Assembly: GCA_000934665.2 (NCBI GenBank)
Contig: KZ539096.1
Span: forward strand, 1 to 34,011
Length of the DNA: 34,011 bases
Direction of reading: 5' to 3'
Origin: Catajapyx aquilonaris
Taxonomy: Eukaryota
The notes beneath the pieces are model-generated. The model did not search any database. It saw only the letters and a program-made list of their open reading frames with translations, and was not told the origin of the DNA. Positions 23,303 to 34,011 of the stretch are shown piece by piece. How positions within the stretch are numbered: the first letter of the stretch is position 1; each line of letters starts with the position of its first letter. Both the position numbers and the translations under genes were made by a program.

Positions 23303-25390
23303 CCCCCCCCCCCCAGCCAGATGAAATTGCCTACTAGATTTTTTTTTTGAAGAGGGCTTTGGAATATTCGAATATTATCGTGGCAAAAAGAAGGTCCTAA
23401 ATAAATCCGGATAGAAGGGACTATGAAGCGACAGCAGGTTCAAACTCCAAGGGGATCCCTAACTCATACACATGCACACACACATTTAAAAAAATTTAAT
23501 AAAGAGTGGATATGAATTCTGGTGCTGCCAAAATATGCGGTTCAGAGGCGGCTCGTATGGCGTGGGAGGATCGATTCCCATTTCCAACATATTTCACTTT
23601 TGTATGGGGGGAGGATTATAAGCCGGAAATAATTCGGTTATTTTGCATGTTTGATCTTCAGTGCATTTTAAGGTTTGGATCGTAATTTATGTGCAATATA
23701 AGTGGTCAAGGTAGTTGTGGAAATTGCGTTTAGCAATGTTTATCGCATTGCAATATCAGTTAGATGGCTTAAATTGTTGCTCTGTTACACCTGGTTTAAC
23801 CGGTGACCATACTGAAAAATGATTTAAAAAAATCGACATTATAATGTAATTATGTAGTGAAAAATAACAGCATCTGCAATGTAGTTGCTAAACAATAATT
23901 GTGTTTGTGTTTTTTAAATGACCCATTAAAAACCCATCATTGTCATAACTAAGCCACATATTGCCAGAACAAGGGAATTATTCAAAAAATAAAAGCAGAA
24001 AAATTAAATTATCAATCTACTTCAATTAATCAGAATTTTTAGAAGGTGTCAACAATTAATAAATAATTTGTTGATTGAATTTAACTGAACCTGCTATTAC
24101 ATGATCACAACAAAGTGAATTACTAAAACGAGAACAATGCAAAATTAATTACCTATGTACAGTACACGTAGAGCAAATACCTATACCCATTAAACTTAAA
24201 TGTAATTTTATTTCAGGATCGCAGTCCCTGTTTGTTCAAAAGTCGTCAAGTCAGACTCATTTTCTCAAAATTGTCTGACTTATCACTTCCTAAAGTTTCA
24301 GACGCCAGAACTTCCCCTCCGAGTCTTCCAATTTGCACATTATTGGCGTATATATACCTTGAGCCACAGCAACAAAAGGGCCAGGTTTCAAATTAGGTCT
24401 CACGGATAACTTATGCTCAAAATACAACTTCCAGGCCGAGATTATAACATGACCCGAGCTTATAAAGTACGCTCATGTTCAGACGAGTTATCCTTCATCA
24501 TCGTCAAAATACACGATGAAAAAAAAATTGGCGTACTTCACAATAATGATGCGCGGTTCGAAGGTTAATTAGCGGATGAGCTTTCACATTTTGCAAAATA
24601 CGGCTGGTTCATTGTGGGGTTTGAATTAAGGCTGGTTTTTTGCCATTCATATTCGTCTCCGCAGATTCAGTGCCAGTCAAAAACATTCTTCTCGTTCGTT
24701 TGGGGGGCCAGAAGTCCATCAACTTAGTCCAAATTTAAAAAATCTGGACAAAATTGATCCTGGTATTTGTGCACATCTGTATGAAACACCCTTGTATATA
24801 CCATCTGGTTCCATTTCATCCCAGCAAATATTGGAATCGGCTGAGTCCACAATGCAAACAGCACAAATGTACCGCAGTGTGGACATCATCGATCTGACTT
24901 GATTTTTATGTATCCGAAAAAAATGCATTTTTCCATCATCTAAATGGTCCAGTCGACTAAACTGTCCAGGTTAGTTTGTTAAAAAAATAGTTGAACACTG
25001 TTCAACAATGTGAGCTTCCTGCGGTTTAATTAATGCTGTAATTTATCATCTTGTCTGCAGTCATTGTTGCTCCTGTCTGTGAGGTATTTCAATTGTGTTA
25101 CATCATACCTTTACTCCAGCAGACTATTGGTGTCGGAGCAATTTGAAACTCAATCGATATAATAGTCGTGAACACCTGTTGAGCCCCCATATTCTCAAAC
25201 GCAACAGTCGACAACAATTATCCAATAATATCACGACTAAATAAAAACTGCAACTGTGACAGCAACATCAAAAGAAATGCAGTCCTTTGTCATACACATT
25301 TCACACATGTCTACTGTACAGTATCATACTGAACCTGAAGCTTGGCAGTCTAACTTAATTGCAATTGCAGTCATTTATATTTTTAATTAA

Positions 25391-25688
25391 TTCATACGAG
25401 ATCGTGGAATTTTCATACGAGATCGTGGAATATTCATACGAGATCGTGGAATTTTCACACGAGATCGTGGAATTTTCACATGAGATCGTGGAATATTCAC
25501 ACGAGATCGTGGAATTTTCACATGAGATAGTGGAATATTCACACGAGATCGTGGAATATTCATACGAGATCGTGGAATATTCATACGAGATCGTGGAATT
25601 TTCATACGAGATCGTGAAATTTTCATACGAGATCGTGGAATTTTCATACGAGATCGTGGAATATTCATACGAGATCGTGGAATTTTCA
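25391..25688. repeat. 21-bp minisatellite, 14 copies
   Basis: Unit TTCAYAYGAGATCGTGGAATW repeated head-to-tail with no spacers. Confidence 0.97.
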
Positions 25689-26407
25689 ACTTGAAAAGTC
25701 ATAAACTTTTCTGCATGTTGGTACACCGCTGCTGAGTAACGTACAGTATCCATTCCCCCCCCAAAAGTCTCTAAAATATCTACTTTCCCCACATTGTTTT
25801 CACACACTGTGCAAACTACACTTAATTTCAAATCCATCTGGGCCCGAGGCACCATATACGTTACAGTGTATCGAGCAAGACTGTGTTTAGCCAGGTCTTG
25901 CTTTGTGCATTGAATTCAGATTCTAAAGGGAGTATGGACTATGGGGAATTATCGTTTAGCTCTATCATAGCACAAAAGGGAATTGGGAAATTATATTCCA
26001 GTGGGGGGAATTGCGCAGATGTATCAAAATCTAGGCCAGAAAATTAGTCACATTTTCGAACCACCTCTGGGTGGTATACCGCACTATAAACCGGGCGTCA
26101 TTAATTAATAAATATAGTGGCCAGCGTTCAACTGAACATAATTTCATTGCAATCCCCCGCAGATGTCCGTACCTGTAATTACATCATATTCCCGGAAATG
26201 TTCATGATCTCTCTCATCTGATAGGAAATCAGCTTAGGCTTATTAGGGAAATTGATCCGGATCCGAGCTTACCAATCGAACAAAACCGGATTGACTTGTT
26301 GCGCATGGTAGTTACTCCCAAGTAATTACTGAGCCTAAGTCCCTAAGAGGGAGGCTGAGTCTTTAACTCTATTAAAGAGCACATTTCTTATCGGGTCCAC
26401 TAATGTC

Positions 26408-26668
26408 CATAACTCACATAGAGGCTGTGAGTTATGCCCGTTTATGTGAGTTCGCTTCATATTTTTCAGATTTTTACAAAACAGAAAATAATATGTACGC
26501 ATATTATTTTCTGTTTTGTAAAAATCCGAAAAATATGAATATGTCCGCTATGACGTCATATGAGAGAGGCAGTAGTCCTGGTAGTGGCATAAGCCCGGGG
26601 GTTTAAGTCAGACAGAGTTCGCTTCATATTTTTCGGATTTTTACAAAACAAAAAATAATATGCGGACA
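26408..26668. repeat. Foldback/inverted-repeat element
   Basis: 40-bp arms at 26456-26495 and 26500-26539 (one mismatch, TACG loop), a third direct copy of the arm at ~26615-26662, and an 11-bp stem at 26408-26418/26426-26436. Confidence 0.8.
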
Positions 26669-29600
26669 GATTTCCGATTCTGTTGATGTGTAGGGTATAT
26701 ATGATTTTCTTCCACGAGTTATAACCTGAACCTCTTTAAAATATGGCTTCCAGACTCCATTGACTCCGACACACGACTGCAAACAGTAGTGAACGCATCG
26801 CCGGAGCAGAGAATCCTTTCAATACCCATCAACCCTTGCGCAGTTTGAATGAGGCAAGAGAAGGATGCCCCGCTTCCAAACTGGAGGATTGTCATGGAAA
26901 TGGTACCCGTGGATGCAATCTGGTTCCACGGGAACACTTCTTTTCTGTGGGCGTCTGCTGGAAACCCAAGGTGGAATTTGTAGTGATTGTGCGCTTCGCG
27001 GTGTTGCCCGTTTCTACATCGCGCGACCACATCCGGGGAAACTTGTTTTGGAAGCGACGCCAACGCCCCCGGTGGTGGCCGCCGTTTGATTCAATCCCTG
27101 ATGCTGGAAATTATGTTACACCTCAGTGGTGTGTCCATTATTCGTGTAATTAACAGTTCTCTGTCAGTTGAAAGGGGGGGGGGGATGGGGGGTAACTAGA
27201 TTTTGAGTTTTCAAAGAGCGCACTTTAGGCTTTGAATTTTACACCTGGTAACAGTGTGATGCAATTTTGTTGCTGATGGCGGTTGGGAACCACATTCCCA
27301 GAGGGGATGAAGAGTTTCCCTCCCAATGGACCAGTAACAAGATGTTAAGCAGTTCTGTTGTTGTTGGGGGAAACCCTGCATTGTATGCTTGGCATCCACT
27401 TACACTCTTGCGTAATTGGATGTTCAAACGCGGTTTAAGCTGGCACGTGATGTCATGAAATCAGACCTGCAAACGTCTAGGCCATTCACACCATAGGCTA
27501 CTAAAGAGTGTCAGGAAAATTCTGAAACACATGGTGTACCTCAGAAGCCCACACAAGCTTGTTGAGTATGGCAACCACGAAACATTCTCCGGAGCACCTA
27601 TATCAACACACAACGTAGAAAACATATGCTAAACATTGTGCAGAACTTACACAAGAATTGCGAAACTGATTTATGCGCAGGAAAGTGACACACTATTGAA
27701 AATTCATGTACCTAAGTAAAATGGGTTACATCATGCTATGATGATAGGTTGATTTGGTCGAATTTGGAGTTGATATTTTGCTGGCAGAAACTTTTGCAAA
27801 CTTGGGTCTTCCAACTCTTTGTAACAAAGTAACCTCCCGATGATGCGACATTACACTTTAACATTGAGTCTGAGAAACGAGGAGGGCTTGGGTCTTCATA
27901 AAATTACCGTTAAATGAGGACATCAACGGAACGTCCCGTAATGACGGCCGCGTAACTGTAGGAGTTTATTTTTGGCGGGACTCAAGATTCCGCTCGACAC
28001 TAATTTGCATTAATTAAGCAAATGAGGTTGCGGCGTTTATTGAATGTAAGTGCACTTTTGGAGTCTACTATTAAATTTGAAGGCTAGCTGGACCTTTTAC
28101 GCCATGTAATGAAGGCTAATGTCTAGAACGAACGTACTAACAACGTTTCTCTCATGAGCGAAAGTATTATAACGCTTCAATTTTACTGAGAACGTCCAAA
28201 TTAGGGGAAGTTTTTAAGTCACGACCTGCAAGTCAGGTAAATAGCAGCAGGATAAAATTTTAAAATAATGACAAAAAATTATTTGAATATTTGTTTGGGA
28301 CATTGGACATTTCATGTCCGTTGGTGTCACTTAATTTTTTATTTTATTTTATTTAAAAAAATTATGAGGCTCATTTTCATATCCCAAGTGCAGAGGGAAG
28401 TAATATTGACATGACTCTGTCGGTTAGGGCGTCCGCCAAATATCTACAGCTAATTACGTGAAGTTGTGTACCCTGTACAAACCACTTGGCTGAGAAGTGC
28501 GTCCGGGATTCTGACTTTTGGCCTTTGATGTCTAACCAGTTTCCAAGTTTGGGGATTGGCCTGGGTAATGATGATGACAAAACTGAGGCAGAATTGGAGG
28601 ACTGTTACATCTAACTGCGTTTTAATATAATTCGCAAACTACTTCATTACCTGTTAATTCTAGCCTTTACCACACAACCTTCGGAGTATAAGTACCTGGG
28701 GGTAATGATTGGTGCACTGATCATGCTAATTAGTGGTAATGTCATATGGCTTATGCAATGAAGGACAAACGTATATCACTCGAGCAAAGTGAAAAGGTTT
28801 TTATAAAAATTTGTCAAATAAATGCAACTTTTATTCGTTATTTCCACAGCGCACAAGGTCTTCCCTATAAAGTTCGACTGATGAAATCAAAAACTTTTCA
28901 TACAACTATGAACATCCTGCCAACTGGTAATTTAATATCAAGTTGTGGGTATTGGGTGGACATCATGTGCAGTACTTGCATTTGAAAAAACCCATTTGAT
29001 CCTAGTTATTAATTCAGTGTTCATAACCGGATTTTGGCTCCATTTTTGCAAAAAAATTAGCAACCTCTATTTAAAAAATCGCAATCACGACGTAATTGAA
29101 AAAAAAGTTCAGTACCCTTTTACTTATTGAAACCCCGGATCCTCCCTCCCCATAAAAGAGACCCCATCAAATAATGGCCTCCATAGCCATATGCCTGGTT
29201 ATTGCCCATGCAGAAGTTGCGCAGCAGGTGATCTTTCACCATTACTGCCACAGCCCGATATAAATAATCCACTGAAAACACCCGGTAGCTTATCTCACAA
29301 TAATGATGGGCTTCCATTGAAAAAAAAATAGTGCGGGTCTCACAAGGGGGGGATTCACACGTCTGAATAGTGCACTTCAAAAAGTGTTTTAAGCCAATTA
29401 GACACGCGTAACACTCTCTTGCATAATTTACACCGTCCATTTGGGCCACTTGCATGATGCAACCCATTTCTCATTACCTTTGATTGTTGCTGGTAATATT
29501 GTTAGTGGATCAAAGAAGCGCAATTTTTCACCCAGCTTCCGGCAGAAAATTTGCAACTACAATTTGCAATCCTAATGTAATCTTGATATAGTGATCTTCC

Positions 29601-29882
29601 GCCCACTGGGCGATAATCAATTCAGCATGCTATTGTCGCGTATTGTTATTCCAAAGAGATCGTTCCATTACGGGATTTTCGTTCGAGAAAAAAAAGTCAG
29701 TCATAATGCATGTATAATACAATTCCATTTGTTTCCCCCCCTCTAATTTAAATGATAATTTAAACATAGGGTGACGTGCAAAGTTTTTCGCGCTGCTGAA
29801 AAATTCATACCATGTGCATTTGGGAATATTTGTTTTCCTGTGGATTTGGGTTATGACCCTTTTTTTAGCGGTAGGTACTTAC

Positions 29883-30163
29883 TTGGTGAAGGTGATGACT
29901 CCAACTTTAGCAATGTTCTCTTCTAGTATCTTCCATGTGTCTTTGATGATCTCTGCTTGTCTCTCGCTCAGTACCGGCTTTTCTCCTAATGGCACATCCC
30001 CATTTGTTTGATTACCATCTTCCTTATCTTCCTCTCCACTTCCTCCTTCTTCATCTTCTTCTTCGCCTTGTTGTTGTTGTTCCTCGTCCGTCACTGACTT
30101 GGACGGAACCAACGAGGCCCTCTGCTGCCTCCCATCCTTTCCCTTATGCAACTGGTTACCCAT
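29883..30163 (-). CDS. GbX: Globin X-like gene, coding exon 1 (N-terminal extension plus helices A-B)
   Basis: ATG in the context ACCATGG. Translates MGNQLHKG...acidic stretch...LSERQAEIIKDTWKILEENIAKVGVITFT, matching globin helix A (LS..Q...I..TW) and helix B. Ends AA|GTAAGT (phase 2, conserved B12.2 position). Confidence 0.9.
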
Positions 30164-30266
30164 GGTTGCTCATTGGACACTCATGGCCACCATCGGAAGG
30201 AGGCCACCATCCTTCCTCACTGTGGCCTGGTCCACTTCTGGTAGCCCCTCCAAACGGGCTCATGGC

Positions 30267-30273
30267 TTTTATA
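30267..30273 (-). promoter_or_regulatory. Putative TATA box of the globin gene
   Basis: GGTATAAAAG on the minus strand in a GC-richer context, ~105 bp upstream of the globin ATG. Confidence 0.4.
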
Positions 30274-33200
30274 CCTCCCCATGATCATGGCGCATGCTCC
30301 TATTCTTCAGACACGGGGGGTTTGAACCCGGACTTTAATGTTTAATAATTTAACACAACACAAACTAGTTAATCATACTTAAAAATTATGGGTAATGGTC
30401 GTTATCATTGGCGATGGTACACCATTTCCGTGGTTAGTGAGCGTGTAATCGCTCTTTGAGTTTCTGGCGTTTCAAGTCCCACGGGTGCACTTTGTTTATG
30501 CAATTGTAGGAGAGTGTGAAAATATATGTTCTGGAAAAATATTCCAGAAGCAAACTGATGAAAAAAAAACCATTTCCAAAAACTGCGCACATAATTAATT
30601 ATTACACATGTCAACTAACATTGTGCATCATTTGAAAGTCCCTTTTGACAGTGACTATAAAAGATACAAGGTTGCTCATCAAAAGGACACTATTTAGCGA
30701 ATGCTTTTGAAGTCGTGTGAGCACACTTTCCTTGCGTTAGCCTAAGGGTAGTTACTAATACAATTAAAATAAGGCACGAAATTTGTCATTAAGCACCACA
30801 CTGTAGGCCATGGTGTCATCCAGACCTTAAATCGGACTCTGAAACTAATATTATATATAATTATATATATTACACGGTGAGGTTACACGGTGAGGTTTAA
30901 CACACTGACCCCAGAGAACTGCACCCCTTATCAGTCTATAGTTATACAGTATTATCCTACGCAAAAACCAGTCCCAGGCCTTTCAAATATTAGCCCCAAT
31001 CCACATCAGACTGTGTTACTTCACTGTAAATAGTTAGAGAATTATTACAATTCAGAGGTTACAGTAGCTTGGCTACTCTCGCCCACATATACCAGCTCTG
31101 TAACACAAAGACCTGAGAGGTCAGAAAGAAGTTGTCCTTACATACCCTCAGGATTGGTACAGTACTCTGCAGGGTCCGGAATAATTATGTATTTCAATGT
31201 AGAATAATTTCATTCCTTTGTCTCACAATAAAAAATCGTCCCCTCGGCCTGTATAAAGTACACAGTATGAAAATCAACTTAACACTGGCTCCAACATTGG
31301 TGGGATACATTACACTAACTTGACCATCTACAAAGGGTACTCTTGGGTACTGGTTAAAATGTGACTGCATTGCAGGTGTGATATACTGTCATTTAATCCA
31401 GAAATAGACTGATTAACATGACGCATTGGTAGCATACAGTCTCAAAATACATTGGTGCAAACCCACAATATTAAATTTTAAATTATAATCAGGCTCGCCG
31501 TCACTATTTCTAAACCCACATAGGCTTTCAGAAATAGCAAAACTGAATACATGAAAGCAATTACACCATCAAACGGTGGAGGTTACATTGCTCTCATCAT
31601 AGTTAATGCACTGACTGACAAACGTGTGACAAACCTTCCCTTGCTATACGTCTATTTAATATATGTTATCCTACGTAGCTCAACAAACGGTCCGCAGCCT
31701 TTCAGATGGTTGATGTTACAACCCACGCCAAATTGGCATATAGGCCTACTCTATACACTGTATCGGAAGCACAGATTCAGAGAAAAACGCCTACACTCTC
31801 CCCCACACACCCGGTCATGCACACCTACAGGAATTGCACGTAGGATGACTTTCAAGTAGAATTTTAAATCATAAATTAAATGGCAATCATCTACAATTTG
31901 ACTAGGTAATGAGATACCATTTCTATCTTTCAGTATTTTCCATTTTCTGATATGAGTTAAATGTTCATTTTTTGAGCTAGAATAAGTCTGTTTTCCAATC
32001 AAAACGAGCACCAGAGTGTCATTTTGTAGGTCATACGAGGGGGACAGGGGCAAACTGTACTCCGCTGGCTACCCCTCTATGGGATTATTTTGCCGTGAAG
32101 TAAATGTAGCTGCAAAGGCTATAAACATATTTCGAAAGCTTTGTTCTCTGTTATTGCTTCAAAAAAGGTTTGCCAAGCATAAATTTGAAAACTGTTGAAA
32201 ACAGATCCGTATAAGGTGAAGCAACAGTAATTTGTTATTTTACTTTTCGCCATCGTATAATTATATTGATTCTACCTCGGATTCTACTAAACTATATTTT
32301 TTTTGTTTAATACTCTCTCCTATACCGCATTGCAGTTGCTTTGTTAGAATTTTTTTCTCATCCATCTGACACCTACAGTGTTGTAGTTGCAATACGTGAC
32401 GAAAGAAACACATCAGGCCAATCTGTGACTTCAAACTCCAGACACTTGAACCTTAGAGCCACCTAACGACAGCCCAGAAAATATATTGATTTAAAAGTGT
32501 GCCAGCAGGTAGAGCCATTTGTTAAAGTATACCTGCCCATATCACGCTCCAACAATGTGGATCTGAAATAAATTTACTATTAAATTTATTGTATTATTTT
32601 GTTAGTCGATACTGTTACGGTATAATTACTGCTTAGCCAATCGGAATTATTCGCCCATTTTGGGTTGGATGAATACAATCAAAGTGTAGTTACAAATTCG
32701 ATTTGTAAATCTGGGTGGCGGAAAAACAAATCTAATGGTCCTCCCCTGATTGTTAGGAGAGAGAGAGAGAAAAAAAAGAGAGACGCTTCATCCGTGCGAA
32801 ATCTTTGTGTTGGCCAAACGCTTCGCGAAACGTGCCTTCCATTCTAATGCTTCGCGAATTAGGTTATGGGCAAACAAAGGCCTGCACGCGGCTAACGAAG
32901 TTTGGAGGAAACATGTGCGGTATGCAAATTAAAATGCTGGATTACTCGCGGCCCGGAAATTAAACGGTGAATCTGCAGCGAAAATTTTTCAGGCAGAACA
33001 ATATTTGAAAAGGCGGAATTCAAATAAATGCACATGTATACGCATATGGACTGAAATAATAAACAGTCCCACATGTCCATTTAGCATAATTAATATGATG
33101 TAGATTTAGCTTAATTACATAAATAAATAATGATCATGCATAACGTGCAAAGCATAATGACGCAAGTTACAAAATATTATTTATCGTAATAATAAGCAAC

Positions 33201-33368
33201 CCAAATATTACGCAAGCAAGCTTGTACGCTCTAAAATATTTTGCGATTAACACAACTCAATTTGAGTGACTGAAAAGTAACTCTCAATTGTCTGCAAAAA
33301 TGGAGCATAAATAGCACTAAAATAGTTTCAGAAGGTAGCAATTATTCTCCTTGATTACTCTAACACAA

Positions 33369-33378
33369 TTTATTTATT
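33369..33378 (-). terminator. Polyadenylation signal of the sulfotransferase
   Basis: Overlapping AATAAATAAA on the minus strand, ~85 bp after the stop. Confidence 0.55.
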
Positions 33379-33462
33379 CCCCACGTTTGCCTGTAATAAA
33401 AGTGTTTGTGTTAATGTCACTATAAGTCTCACTTTTTCTCTCTTATGTCATCACAGTGTGTC

Positions 33463-34011
33463 TCACGCTCCAGCAAAGTCCAAGTACTTGTCCGGTTCGT
33501 ACCCAAACAACTCGAAGTCCAGTTGGTACTTCATATACAGCCTCCGTACCTGCTCTTTGGTCAGAAGCTGAAAGTACTTTCTGGCCACATCCCCAGTGCT
33601 CTTCCCTTTGGTCAAATGCTTCCAGGTCGGCTTCAAGATCCGAGTCAGATTGGCCTTCCTGATAATGTACATCTGGTCATCCCGCAGTGTCTCCATTTTG
33701 GCTATGACATCATAGTCTACCCAGCATGGAGTCGCATGCAGGAAGAACGGTATCCAGTGGTCATCGCTTCTCTCGACCACATCCAGATCGCACAAGTAGC
33801 TCACAAACTCTGGAAATGTTGGTTCCACACCTTTTGGTGGTGGAATCCCATAGTCTCCTTCCAGAACACCCGGTGGATACCTCAAAGTGTTGTTGTCTTT
33901 CCGGTACTTGGCCACAATCTTCTGTCCATACTTCTTGTAGAAATGCTCAACCCCATGCTCCAGACCTACTCTAACGTTCTCAAGCTTATCCCTATAGGCG
34001 GACAGTAGTCG
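33463..34011 (-). CDS. Carbohydrate sulfotransferase (CHST11/HNK-1ST, Sulfotransfer_2 family), 3' part; runs off the window edge
   Basis: The frame is open from the edge: RLLSAYRDKLE (3'-phosphate-binding motif), PTFPEFVSYL, DHWIPF, PCWVDYDVIAKMETLRDD, YFQLLT..QVRRLY.KY.LDFELFGY. Stop at 33463-33465. Confidence 0.93.
   Translation of the reverse strand, partial: RLLSAYRDKLENVRVGLEHGVEHFYKKYGQKIVAKYRKDNNTLRYPPGVLEGDYGIPPPKGVEPTFPEFVSYLCDLDVVERSDDHWIPFFLHATPCWVDYDVIAKMETLRDDQMYIIRKANLTRILKPTWKHLTKGKSTGDVARKYFQLLTKEQVRRLYMKYQLDFELFGYEPDKYLDFAGA

Noticed and set aside
25355..25855. 21-bp array as a CRISPR array or repeat-protein ORFs
   Set aside because: There are no unique spacers, no cas genes and the context is eukaryotic. 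The frames are open only because the unit is a multiple of three and lacks stops.
16555..30485. tRNA B-box-like words (~16555-16577, ~21341-21376, ~30315-30334, ~30440-30485)
   Set aside because: No cloverleaf can be folded; at most these are decayed SINE heads, too short to call.
33445..34008. 187-aa plus-strand ORF
   Set aside because: Antisense shadow of the sulfotransferase exon.

Overview
Eukaryotic, intron-rich and AT-rich animal DNA with two assembly gaps; probably an arthropod, judging from (TTAGG)n motifs and the protein families. The main structure is a four-exon globin X-like gene on the minus strand (CDS 30163-29883, 10007-9903, 9381-9261, 7333-7175; 221 aa). It has an MG start, an acidic N-terminal extension and introns at B12.2, E10.2 and G7.0. 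Nested antisense in its ~19.9 kb first intron is a divergent DUOXA-like (dual oxidase maturation factor/NIP/moladietz) gene (11346-11536 + 11637-15342; ~1298 aa). That protein appears to lack the first TM helix and the luminal N-glycan sites, and carries a ~1000 aa Ser/Lys/Arg/Glu-rich tail built from 21/42-aa repeats and ending in a polybasic, Cys-rich tip. A 61-codon ORF lies head-to-head with it. The right edge holds the 3' part of a CHST11/HNK-1ST-family sulfotransferase (minus strand). Non-coding DNA contains a Helitron-like element, a mariner-type MITE, a palindromic TTAGG element, a 21-bp minisatellite and a foldback element. All family assignments come from motif recognition by eye, not database searches.
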